Shown piece by piece: positions 9,804 to 18,551 of a DNA stretch of 64,000 nucleotides (the first letter of the stretch is position 1; each line of letters starts with the position of its first letter). Under the pieces are notes generated by a model. It was not told where the DNA came from, did no database searches, and saw only the letters and a list, made by a program, of their open reading frames with translations. The translations under genes were made by a program, and so were the position numbers. Source of the stretch: Patescibacteria group bacterium (GTDB lineage: Bacteria; Patescibacteriota; Patescibacteriia; UBA11705; DATKZF01); NCBI GenBank assembly GCA_049319825.1, contig JBMORT010000002.1, positions 271,230-335,229 of the forward strand, in the 5' to 3' direction.

Positions 9804-10172
9804 ATGTTTAATTTCGTCAGGCTGAAAAAAAGTTTTAAATTCGCCATTAACGGCTTGAAAATGATTTTTTCAAAGGAGCAGAACTTCAGAATTCATTTTG
9901 CCGTGGCCGCGGGCGTTGTCGCTTTCGGATTGATATTAAAAATAAAAAGCTGGGAATGGGTGGCCGTTATTTTAGTCATATTTTTTGTGTTGCTTTTGGA
10001 AATAGTTAACACCATTGTCGAGCGTATAATGGATATGTTAAAACCCCGGGTTAATATTTATGTGAAGGAAGCCAAAGATCTGATGTCCGCCGCTGTTTTA
10101 TTGGCGGCGATCTTATCAATAGTGATTGGTTTGATTATATTTATTCCGCATATAAAAAATTTGTTTTACTGA
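9804..10172 (+). CDS. dgkA: Diacylglycerol kinase / undecaprenol kinase, DgkA family
   Basis: 122 aa, three TM segments. Motifs EIVNTIVERIMDML and AKDLMSAAVLLAAILSIVIG align with E. coli DgkA EILNSAIEAVVDRI and AKDMGSAAVLIAIIVAVI. Classic ybeY-dgkA pairing. Confidence 0.8.
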   Translation: MFNFVRLKKSFKFAINGLKMIFSKEQNFRIHFAVAAGVVAFGLILKIKSWEWVAVILVIFFVLLLEIVNTIVERIMDMLKPRVNIYVKEAKDLMSAAVLLAAILSIVIGLIIFIPHIKNLFY

Positions 10173-10266
10173 TTTGGTTTTTTCCTTTTTTTGTTCTATA
10201 ATATTAAAATGAAAAAGAAGCTTAAGTTAAAGCGATTTTCTTTTTATTTTCAAAATAAAAAATAGT

Positions 10267-11517
10267 ATGGCTGAAAATTTAATAACCGGTATTGACCTGG
10301 GTACGTCGAACATCCGAGTCGTGGTCGCGCAGGAAGCGGAATTGGCCAATGAAAAGCAATTGAACATTATCGGCGTGATCGAAGTTCCGGCCACGGGCAT
10401 CAGCAAGGGGTCTATCGTCAGTATTGAGGATGCCGTGTCCAGCTTGTCGAATGCCTTGGAAAGCGCCGAACGGATGATCGGTATGCCCATTGAGCGCGCT
10501 TGGATCGGCATTTCCGGCACGCATATTTCATCACAGGAGAGCAATGGCGTCATCGCCATTTCCCGAACCAGCGGTGAAATTCAGGAAGATGATGTCGAAC
10601 GGGTCATCGAAGCGGCGCGCAGCGTGGCCGCGCCGGTTAATTATGAAATACTGCATGTTATTCCGAAATCTTTTACTATAGACAATCAGGCGGGCATTAA
10701 GGATCCGATCGGCATGTCCGGAATCCGGCTTGAGGTTTCGACGCAGGTAATCAGGGGGTTGTCATCCCATATTAAAAATTTGACCAAGTGCATTTATCGA
10801 ACCGGTCTGGATATAAATGACATTATTTTGGCGTCTTTGGCCGCCTCGGAATCAGTAATATCCAACAGGCAAAAAGAATTGGGGGTGGCCCTGGTTGATA
10901 TTGGCGCCGCCACCACAAATTTAATCGTTTTTGAAGAAGGCGATGTCCTGTATACATCGGTTATTCCCATTGGCGCCGATCACATTACCTCTGATATTGC
11001 CATTGGACTGCAGACATCAATTGAAATTGCGGAGCGAGTTAAATTGGACCAAGGCAGCGCCTCGCCCAAGGAAATAGATAAAAATGAGAAAATAAATTTG
11101 GCTGACCTGGGCGGGGAAAATCAAGAGTTCACCAAAAAATACATTGCGGAAATTATTGAAGCCAGAACAGAAGAAATTTTTGAAAAAATCGACGCTGAAT
11201 TGCAAAAAATCAATCGCAGCGGTTTATTGCCGGCGGGACTGGTATTGGTCGGCGGCGGCGCCAAATTGCCAGGAATCGTGTCGGTTGGCAAACGGAAAAC
11301 AATGCTGCCGGTTTCTATTGGAAAATTAAGGACTTTCACCACGGCTGTGGATAACGTTTCTGACGTGTCTTTTTCCACTGCCCTTGGCCTTGTTTTATGG
11401 GGGTATCAGATGGAACAAGAAACTGATAGCGGTAAATTTGGCATTTCCAATAAATTTGGTACAATAAGGAAACAAGCGGGCCGGATAAAAAATTGGTTCA
11501 AGTCATTAATATCATAG
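10267..11517 (+). CDS. ftsA: Cell division protein FtsA
   Basis: Actin-fold N-terminus ITGIDLGTSNIRVVVAQ. 416 aa. Immediately upstream of ftsZ. Confidence 0.9.
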   Translation: MAENLITGIDLGTSNIRVVVAQEAELANEKQLNIIGVIEVPATGISKGSIVSIEDAVSSLSNALESAERMIGMPIERAWIGISGTHISSQESNGVIAISRTSGEIQEDDVERVIEAARSVAAPVNYEILHVIPKSFTIDNQAGIKDPIGMSGIRLEVSTQVIRGLSSHIKNLTKCIYRTGLDINDIILASLAASESVISNRQKELGVALVDIGAATTNLIVFEEGDVLYTSVIPIGADHITSDIAIGLQTSIEIAERVKLDQGSASPKEIDKNEKINLADLGGENQEFTKKYIAEIIEARTEEIFEKIDAELQKINRSGLLPAGLVLVGGGAKLPGIVSVGKRKTMLPVSIGKLRTFTTAVDNVSDVSFSTALGLVLWGYQMEQETDSGKFGISNKFGTIRKQAGRIKNWFKSLIS

Positions 11518-11593
11518 GATCGTAGGCAGTAGGATGGCCGGAAGGTAAGAATGCCTCCATTCTACAGCCCTATCGCCCTACCAGCCTAATAAT

Positions 11594-12793
11594 ATGCCAG
11601 AAGTTAAACCGGAAATTGAAACCTTCGCCAAAATCAAGGTTCTTGGCGTTGGAGGAGGGGGAGGATCTGCTTTGAATCGCATGGTGCAGCAAAAAATAAG
11701 GGGAGTGGAATTCGTGGCCATTAACACGGATTTGCAGGCATTGCAATATTCATTAGCCGATCAGAAAATTCACATTGGCAGGACAACTACCAGGGGTCTT
11801 GGTGCTGGTATGAATCCGGAAATTGGACGCAAAGCCGCGGAAGAATCTCAAAATGAGTTAAGAGAAATATTAAAAGGCACAGACATGGCCTTTGTCACTT
11901 ATGGATTGGGCGGCGGCACCGGTTCCGGTGCCGGACCGATTGTTGCGGAATTAGCCAGAGAGCAGGGGGCTTTGACTATCGGCGTGGTGACAAAGCCTTT
12001 TTCATTTGAAGGCATGCCCAGAAAAAAAATCGCTGAAGAGGGTTTGGAAAAATTAAAAGAGCAGGTTGACACATTGATAATCATTCCCAATGACCGAATT
12101 TGGCAAATAATCGATAAAAAGACTCCTTTATTGGAGGCATTTTCCGTAGTCGATGAGGTATTAAAGCAAGGGGTTCAAGGCATTTCTGAATTAATAACAT
12201 TGCCGGGCTTAATAAATGTGGATTTCGCCGATGTTAAAACGATAATGAGAGATACGGGAGCGGCATTGATGGGAGTGGGCCATGGGACCGGAGAAAATCG
12301 AGCGATTGAAGCGGCCAGAGCGGCCATTTCCAGCCCATTGCTGGAATTGGCGATCGATGGCGCCAAGGGCATTTTATTTAACGTGGTTGGCGGCAACGAC
12401 ATCACTATGTATGAAGTCAGTGAAGCAGCCAAGGTGATCACCGAATCTGTTGACGCTGACGCCAAGATAATTTTTGGAGCGGTAATCGATGAGAATTTAA
12501 AGGATGAGATAAAAATCACGGTCGTCGCTACCGGATTCGATCCGAATATTACCTTCCACGATAAACCGCGCGTCACTAACAGCGTCACGCCGGTCACCAA
12601 GAGTTATTTTCAGGCCGATATTGAAAGAGAATCAGCGCCGATTTTCAAGGAAACAAAAATTGAAGGCGATAATTACCGAATGGATAAAACTCAGCCCAGG
12701 CCTGCGGAAAAACCGCCAATCAAGGCCGCTGACAGCGACAGCGATGAAGAAGATTTGGAAATCCCCGCGTTTATTAGGCGAAAAATGATGTGA
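11594..12793 (+). CDS. ftsZ: Cell division GTPase FtsZ
   Basis: Tubulin signature GGGTGSGAGP. Motifs VLGVGGGGGSALNRM and NTDLQAL. Acidic C-terminal tail ending DLEIPAFIRRK. Confidence 0.95.
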   Translation: MPEVKPEIETFAKIKVLGVGGGGGSALNRMVQQKIRGVEFVAINTDLQALQYSLADQKIHIGRTTTRGLGAGMNPEIGRKAAEESQNELREILKGTDMAFVTYGLGGGTGSGAGPIVAELAREQGALTIGVVTKPFSFEGMPRKKIAEEGLEKLKEQVDTLIIIPNDRIWQIIDKKTPLLEAFSVVDEVLKQGVQGISELITLPGLINVDFADVKTIMRDTGAALMGVGHGTGENRAIEAARAAISSPLLELAIDGAKGILFNVVGGNDITMYEVSEAAKVITESVDADAKIIFGAVIDENLKDEIKITVVATGFDPNITFHDKPRVTNSVTPVTKSYFQADIERESAPIFKETKIEGDNYRMDKTQPRPAEKPPIKAADSDSDEEDLEIPAFIRRKMM

Positions 12794-12841
12794 GAGTCAC
12801 GAATCTACAAATCAGCGCATTACATTATAAATAATTATAAA

Positions 12842-12866
12842 AGCCGCTCGAAAGGGCGGTTTTTTG
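12842..12866 (+). terminator. Rho-independent terminator after ftsZ
   Basis: Hairpin gccgctcgaaagggcgg followed by tttttt. Confidence 0.6.
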
Positions 12867-12999
12867 TCGCCGGCGAATACCGGATTACCGCCCGGTGAGT
12901 GGCTCTCCGATCGTCCTAGACCTTCCTGATGTCGGCATTGATTCGAGTTATTTATCCACAGAGGTTTTATGACGCAAAAATTCCTTTTGTTTTAGCAGA

Positions 13000-13201
13000 T
13001 GTTTCATGTTTTGAGTCGATATTTTATTTGTGTTATACTTTAAATAAGAAAGTGATTTGTACCAAATCCTGAAGACTATAAAACTTCAGGAGAACATGTG
13101 AGGAAGACTACAGCGGCGCCTGCCCAAGGGCTGGAGCTCGAATTGAGTCTTCTTTAATTTCCCCAAAAAAAAGCCGATGCTTTATCTAAATTTCCACTAA
13201 T
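13000..13201 (+). promoter_or_regulatory. nrdD promoter (TTGAGT-17-TATACT) and about 170-nt structured leader
   Basis: ttgagtcgatattttatttgtgttatact. Perfect 8-bp hairpin tcctgaag(actataaaa)cttcagga. Second long-range pairing gaagact...agtcttc. Weak SD before the ATG. Confidence 0.4.
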
Positions 13202-15280
13202 ATGTCTTTTCAGGACAATAAAATTTTTCAGATACGCAAAAGAGATGATCGCATTGTTGATTTTGAACAAGAAAAAATCACCAAAGCGATTTTAGCCTCC
13301 ATGCAGGCGGTTGACGAAGGCAATGTCGAGCTGGCCAATCGATTGTCTGATGAGGTGGTTGAGCAGCTGAACGCGCGTTTTCACGAGCGATCCATACCGG
13401 CGGTCGAGGAGATTCAGGATATTGTTGAAGAAATTTTAATGATTAATAAATTGTTCGGCTCGGCCAGAGCTTACATCATATACCGCGACCAGCATTCCAA
13501 AATGAGAGATTTGAAGTCAATGATTAATTCCGATGAATTGATGGACAGTTATTTGAAAAAAGTTGATTGGCGGGTGAAGGAAAACAGCAACATGGATTAT
13601 TCGCTGCAAGGGCTGAATAACTACGTGGCCTCGACGATCAGTTCTCATTATTGGCTCAATAAAATATATCCGCCCAAAATTCGAGAAGCTCACGTAAACG
13701 GCGATTTGCATATTCATGACCTCCAGCTGTTGTCCGCGTATTGCTGCGGTTGGGATCTTCGGGATTTATTAATTCGCGGATTTGGCGGCGTATCGGGCAA
13801 GGTGGAAAGCTCCGCGGCCAAGCATTTCGGCACCGCGCTCGGACAATTGGTCAATTTCTTTTATACGCTGCAGGGCGAATCCGCCGGCGCTCAGGCGGTT
13901 TCCAGCTTCGATACCTATTTGGCGCCGTTTATCCGCTATGACGGTTTGGATTTCAAACAGGTCAAGCAGCAGCTGCAAAATTTCATGTTCAACATGAATG
14001 TGCCAACCAGAGTCGGTTTCCAGACGCCGTTTACGAATATCACCTTGGATTTATTCGTCCCGGAAAATTTAAAAGATGAGCCGGTGATCGTCGGCGGCAA
14101 GCCACAGCGCGAAAAGCATGGTGAATTTCAAAAAGAAATGGATTTATTCAATGAAGCGCTGGTCGAGGTCATGCTTGAGGGAGACAACCGCGGCCGCGTG
14201 TTCTCGTTCCCCATTCCGACATACAATGTCAGTAAAAATTGGGATTGGCAGTCGCCGATTATTGACCGAATCATGGAAATGACCGCCAAATACGGAATTC
14301 CATATTTTTCCAATTTCATCAACAGCGACATGAAGCCGGAAGACGCGAGATCGATGTGCTGCCGGCTGAGATTGGATAATCGTGAGTTGAGAAAACGGGG
14401 CGGTGGCTTGTTTGGGGCCAATCCGTTAACCGGTTCGATTGGCGTCGTGACCCTGAATATGGCCAGAGTCGGCTATCTGGCAAAAAGCAAGGAAGATTTT
14501 TTTGAGCGAACCGCTCAATTGATGGATATCGCCAGAGAAAGCTTAAAAATTAAGAGAGATATTTTGGAAAGATTCACCGAGGGTAATTTATATCCGTACA
14601 CCAAACATTACTTGTCCTCCGTTAAAGAAAGATTCGGATATTTTTGGAAAAATCATTTCAACACCATCGGCTTGAACGGCGTTAATGAAGCTTGCCTAAA
14701 TTTACTGAAGGTTAATATTGTCGATCCGGAAGGCCATAAATTTGCCAAGCAAGTGCTCGATTTCATGAGGGAGCGACTGCACCAATATCAGCTGTCCGGC
14801 TCGGATTTATATAATTTGGAAGCGACCCCGGCCGAAGGCACGTCGTACCGATTCGCCAAAATCGATAAGGAAAAATATCCAGACATTACTTGCGCCAACG
14901 AAGAAGATTATCGCGATAAGGGATCAGATCCTTACTATACCAATTCCACGCATCTGCCGGTCAATTACACCGAAGACATGATTGAAGCGCTTAAAATGCA
15001 GGATGAATTGCAGACGCGCTATACCGGCGGCACGGTCTTTCACGGATTTATCGGTGAGCGCATGCCGTCAATCACGGCGACTAAAAGCTTAGTGAAGAAA
15101 ATAGCGGAAAATTTCCATCTGCCGTACTTTACCATCACTCCCACATTCAGTGTTTGCCCCAAGCACGGCTACATACCCGGAGAGCATGAATATTGTCCGC
15201 GCTGCGACGAGGAAATGGGCTATGGCGAAAGCGCTTTGCTTGAATGGAATCAAAAAGAAACCCAAACGGAACAATCTTAA
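13202..15280 (+). CDS. nrdD: Anaerobic (class III) ribonucleoside-triphosphate reductase NrdD body: ATP-cone plus catalytic barrel plus C-terminal Zn-ribbon. Glycyl-radical motif not in this ORF.
   Basis: N-terminal ATP-cone (IRKRDDRIVDFEQEKITKAI). 692 aa. C-terminal Zn ligands CPKHGY...CPRC. Followed by the radical-SAM activase nrdG. No RxxGY motif before the stop. Confidence 0.85.
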   Translation: MSFQDNKIFQIRKRDDRIVDFEQEKITKAILASMQAVDEGNVELANRLSDEVVEQLNARFHERSIPAVEEIQDIVEEILMINKLFGSARAYIIYRDQHSKMRDLKSMINSDELMDSYLKKVDWRVKENSNMDYSLQGLNNYVASTISSHYWLNKIYPPKIREAHVNGDLHIHDLQLLSAYCCGWDLRDLLIRGFGGVSGKVESSAAKHFGTALGQLVNFFYTLQGESAGAQAVSSFDTYLAPFIRYDGLDFKQVKQQLQNFMFNMNVPTRVGFQTPFTNITLDLFVPENLKDEPVIVGGKPQREKHGEFQKEMDLFNEALVEVMLEGDNRGRVFSFPIPTYNVSKNWDWQSPIIDRIMEMTAKYGIPYFSNFINSDMKPEDARSMCCRLRLDNRELRKRGGGLFGANPLTGSIGVVTLNMARVGYLAKSKEDFFERTAQLMDIARESLKIKRDILERFTEGNLYPYTKHYLSSVKERFGYFWKNHFNTIGLNGVNEACLNLLKVNIVDPEGHKFAKQVLDFMRERLHQYQLSGSDLYNLEATPAEGTSYRFAKIDKEKYPDITCANEEDYRDKGSDPYYTNSTHLPVNYTEDMIEALKMQDELQTRYTGGTVFHGFIGERMPSITATKSLVKKIAENFHLPYFTITPTFSVCPKHGYIPGEHEYCPRCDEEMGYGESALLEWNQKETQTEQS

Positions 15281-15364
15281 AACAAAAAATTAATTTATAT
15301 ATTGTGAGGAATATGGTGCCCTATTGGGCTAAAATAGGGCCCTTATTCATAATATACATTCGAT

Positions 15365-15511
15365 ATGGCATCACAAAAATTGGAAAGGCAAAAATGCGAA
15401 ATTTATTCGCGCGTAGTCGGTTATTTGAGTCCCGTTCAGCGATGGAACAAGGGTAAAAAAGCGGAATTCTCTGACAGGAAAGTGTATAATGCCATGAACG
15501 TCGCGGAATGA
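15365..15511 (+). CDS. 48-codon ORF encoding the NrdD glycyl-radical C-terminal motif (MASQKLERQKCEIYSRVVGYLSPVQRWNKGKKAEFSDRKVYNAMNVAE). Split nrdD tail.
   Basis: Same reading frame as nrdD (13202..15280, frame 2). Separated by an 84-nt spacer carrying in-frame stops at 15305, 15335 and 15350 and the hairpin gccctat(tgggctaaa)atagggc. RVVGYL and RWNKGK match the canonical NrdD glycyl-radical region. No obvious SD. Confidence 0.5.
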   Translation: MASQKLERQKCEIYSRVVGYLSPVQRWNKGKKAEFSDRKVYNAMNVAE

Positions 15512-15654
15512 TTGTAAAATACCTGTCCAGATGTTAAAATTAAGGCTGCTAGGCGGCCTTAATTTTATTCGTCGGCAAGAAATTAAAATCGACAAAAGTG
15601 CCGGCCGGCACTCACATACTTTTTTTCTCTTTCACCTGATATTATAAAGACACT

Positions 15655-16356
15655 ATGAAAATTGGCGGCATCCAAACGTTAACTTTGATCGATTATCCTG
15701 GCAAAGTGGCGGCGACTGTTTTTACTTTGGGTTGTAATTTTCGCTGCCATTTTTGTCATAATCCGGAGTTGGTCAATATCAAAAAAAAATCATGGACCAT
15801 GTCTTCGGCCAAGGTTTTTGAATTTTTAAAAAGTCGCGGCCAGTTTTTGGACGGCGTTTGCATTACCGGCGGCGAGCCGACAATTCATGCCGATTTCCTT
15901 AATTTTTTAAGTAAAATAAAAGCGCTCGGCTTGGCCGTTAAATTGGATACCAACGGATTGAATTTCCCGGCGCTGAAGCGGGCGATCGATCACCAGCTGG
16001 TCGATTATGTGGCCATGGATATTAAGGCGCCATGGGAAAAGTACCCGGTCATTGTGGGCGAACCGATCGAGGTCGAGCCGGTAAAAAAAAGCGCCGAGTA
16101 TCTTATGAACAGCGGGGTCGAATACGAGTTCAGAAGCACGGTGCTCCCGGCGCTTCACCCGCCGGCCGACATCATCGAAATGGCCAGGCAAATCAAAGGC
16201 GCGAAAAAATATTATTTACAACAGTTCAAACCTTTTGCTAAAATAGTAAATGATGACTACCGACAAGCCAAGTCATACACGCGTCAAGACTTGATTAAAA
16301 TAAAAAACAAAATTAAGAATTGGTTCGATACGGTGAGAATTAGGGAAAATATTTAA
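15655..16356 (+). CDS. nrdG: Anaerobic ribonucleotide reductase activating protein (radical SAM) NrdG
   Basis: CxxxCxxC radical-SAM motif GCNFRCHFCHNPE. 233 aa. Adjacent to nrdD. Confidence 0.85.
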   Translation: MKIGGIQTLTLIDYPGKVAATVFTLGCNFRCHFCHNPELVNIKKKSWTMSSAKVFEFLKSRGQFLDGVCITGGEPTIHADFLNFLSKIKALGLAVKLDTNGLNFPALKRAIDHQLVDYVAMDIKAPWEKYPVIVGEPIEVEPVKKSAEYLMNSGVEYEFRSTVLPALHPPADIIEMARQIKGAKKYYLQQFKPFAKIVNDDYRQAKSYTRQDLIKIKNKIKNWFDTVRIRENI

Positions 16357-16408
16357 TCGGAGATTGATTGGGGGATTTGTAGATTTGTAACTTATAATTT
16401 GTAATTAT

Positions 16409-16681
16409 ATGGAGGAAAAAAATTTAAAAGATGAGGTTGCGGAATTAAAACAGCTGGTCAGAAGAAATATTGAATACACGCAAGAGCTTCGAATGGTCTC
16501 GGACAAAACCAGAAAGTACATACTCTGGATACAAATCATCAATTTATTTAAATTGTTGATTATTTTAGTGCCATTGATTTTGGCTTTGATTTATCTGCCG
16601 CCGTTAATTCGTGATTTTGTGGAAAAATATAAAGAGCTTTTCGGATCGAGCGGGTTTTTTTTAGACATGTTTAATAGATAA
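16409..16681 (+). CDS. Hypothetical small protein: N-terminal coiled coil, C-terminal TM helix
   Basis: ORF only. Hydrophobic stretch INLFKLLIILVPLILALIYLPPL. Followed by a strong terminator. Confidence 0.4.
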   Translation: MEEKNLKDEVAELKQLVRRNIEYTQELRMVSDKTRKYILWIQIINLFKLLIILVPLILALIYLPPLIRDFVEKYKELFGSSGFFLDMFNR

Positions 16682-16694
16682 TGATTTTCAAGCG

Positions 16695-16726
16695 ATGCCC
16701 GCTGCGGCAGCGGGCATTTTTATAAC
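16695..16726 (+). terminator. Rho-independent terminator (perfect 10-bp stem)
   Basis: atgcccgctg-cgg-cagcgggcat followed by ttttat. It lies inside the ORF-track start of the next gene, so the true start of that gene is downstream. Confidence 0.65.
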
Positions 16727-16730
16727 GAAT

Positions 16731-17042
16731 ATGATGACTTTTTCCGAAAAAGTGCTGGCCGCCGTTAAAAAAATACCGCCCGGGCGGGTGACGACATATA
16801 AAAAATTGGCAGAGCAATGCGGCCGTCCGCTGGCCGCGCGCGCGGTCGGTCGAATTCTAAACGCCAGTAAATTTTCTTTTTTCGAAAACATATCGGAAAA
16901 AGAAAAAATTCCCTGTCATCGAGTGATTAAAAGCGACGGTACGATCGGCGGCTACTCGAAAGGGGCGAAAAAAAAGATTGTATTATTAAAAAGAGAGGGA
17001 ATAAACATCAACAACGGGAGGCTGCTAGCGAAGAATGAATGA
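16731..17042 (+). CDS. Methylated-DNA-protein-cysteine methyltransferase-like DNA-binding domain protein (Ogt/MGMT C-domain only)
   Basis: Active-site motif IPCHRVI. Motifs TYKKLAEQCGRPLAARAVGRILN. Start moved to ATG 16731 after the terminator hairpin. The ORF track gives 16695. Confidence 0.7.
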   Translation: MMTFSEKVLAAVKKIPPGRVTTYKKLAEQCGRPLAARAVGRILNASKFSFFENISEKEKIPCHRVIKSDGTIGGYSKGAKKKIVLLKREGININNGRLLAKNE

Positions 17043-17122
17043 AAATCAAAAAATCAAAATAAAAAACGCGTTTTTTTGATTTTTTACGCAATTTTACATT
17101 AAATTTTGTAATTTGGGAAAAT

Positions 17123-18373
17123 ATGACAGACCAAATAAAAAAGTATTCGAAAAAAACAATTGTTGCGGTGGTGATTATCACTTTGTTTTTCGGTAGCCTG
17201 CTGGGCTCGCTGGCCGGGTTTTTAGCCGGCACTGTTGGATTGAATGCAGCCGCTCCGTACTTAGCCAAAATCGACTGGGGTCAGGGTTTTTTTTCCAAGA
17301 GCGGGCAGCACGTCACCATTTCGGTGAATGAGGAATCCGAAACGATCGACGCCGTAGCTAAAGCATCGCCTTCAGTCGTCAGTATCGTCATTACCAAGGA
17401 ATTGACCAGTTTTTATAACATCAGCGGTCCCTTTGATTTTTTTAATAATTTCTTTGAATTTCGCGTCCCGGAAAATAAGTCGGGCCAATCGTCGGATCCG
17501 GTCAAGCGCCAGGTCGGCGGAGGCAGCGGATTCATTATATCGGCCCATGGCTTGATTATAACCAATAAACATGTGGTGAGCGATGAAAGCGCCGAATACA
17601 CAGTTGTTTTAAGCGACGGTTCAGAATATCCGGCCACGGTATTGGGGCGCGACATCATTAATGACATCGCGGTGATTAAAATCGAAGCGCAAAATTTACC
17701 GGTGCTGGAGCTGGGCGATTCTGACAATCTCCGTCCCGGACAGACGGTAATTGCCATCGGCAATGCTTTGGGCGAGTATTCGAACACCGTCACTAAAGGC
17801 GTGATCAGCGGCATTAATCGTCAGGTGACCGCGTCTGACAGCCGCGGCATGGCCGAGGAAATAAAAGAAGCGATACAGACCGACGCGGCCATTAATCCCG
17901 GAAATTCCGGCGGGCCGCTGATCAATCTGTCCGGACAGGTGGTTGGCGTTAACACCGCGGTCAGCTCCGATGGTCAGCTGGTCGGTTTTGCCATTCCCAT
18001 CAACGCCGCCAAGCAGGTGATTGACAGCGTTAAAGAACACGGCCGCATCATTACTCCATGGCTTGGCGTTCGCTATGTGCCGCTGAATGCGGAAATTGCC
18101 AAAGCCAATAATTTGGATTACGATTATGGGGCGCTTATTATCCGTGGACAAAGACAGTCAGAATTGGCCGTCTCCCCGGGCAGCCCGGCCGATAAAGCCG
18201 GCCTCGAAGAAAATGACATCATTTTGGAAATTAATGATCAAAAACTTGATGCCGATCATCTGCTGGGAGAAGAATTGCTGAAATATGGCCCGGGAGATAA
18301 AATTGAGATGTTGATTTTTCATGACGGTCAAGAAAAAAGCATTAAGGTGACGCTGGAGGAGAGGGTGGATTAA
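17123..18373 (+). CDS. htrA: HtrA/DegP-family serine protease with N-terminal TM anchor and C-terminal PDZ domain
   Basis: Catalytic triad contexts TNKHVV, NDIAVIKI and GNSGGPLINL. PDZ-like C-terminus. Confidence 0.85.
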   Translation: MTDQIKKYSKKTIVAVVIITLFFGSLLGSLAGFLAGTVGLNAAAPYLAKIDWGQGFFSKSGQHVTISVNEESETIDAVAKASPSVVSIVITKELTSFYNISGPFDFFNNFFEFRVPENKSGQSSDPVKRQVGGGSGFIISAHGLIITNKHVVSDESAEYTVVLSDGSEYPATVLGRDIINDIAVIKIEAQNLPVLELGDSDNLRPGQTVIAIGNALGEYSNTVTKGVISGINRQVTASDSRGMAEEIKEAIQTDAAINPGNSGGPLINLSGQVVGVNTAVSSDGQLVGFAIPINAAKQVIDSVKEHGRIITPWLGVRYVPLNAEIAKANNLDYDYGALIIRGQRQSELAVSPGSPADKAGLEENDIILEINDQKLDADHLLGEELLKYGPGDKIEMLIFHDGQEKSIKVTLEERVD

Positions 18374-18551
18374 CCTGTGGCACATCGCCCGCAGCATGCG
18401 GACTGGCATAATAGAATTGAAGCAGTTATAAAACACATTCAGTGTCAAAAATACGGGAATTCATCTGACTTCGTGGTATTTAGTCCGAAAATTTCGGCAT
18501 TTAATCATGACCTTCACCGATCGATAATTTTTTAACGTATTTATTATCCAT

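Noticed and set aside
11518-11593. Possible tRNA in the ftsA-ftsZ spacer and in the iscS-ftsW spacer (47188-47391)
   Set aside because: No GTTC-type T-loop or acceptor-stem complementarity. Lengths and sequences do not fit a cloverleaf.
12867-13201. Cobalamin riboswitch upstream of the RNR operon
   Set aside because: No B12-box (GCCACTG-like) or other conserved riboswitch core is recognisable. Only generic hairpins are present.
15244-15456. 70-aa ORF spanning the nrdD stop and the spacer
   Set aside because: It is in frame 1, out of frame with both nrdD and the RVVGY-encoding ORF. Its translation has no motif. The meaningful signal is the frame-2 48-codon ORF at 15365..15511.
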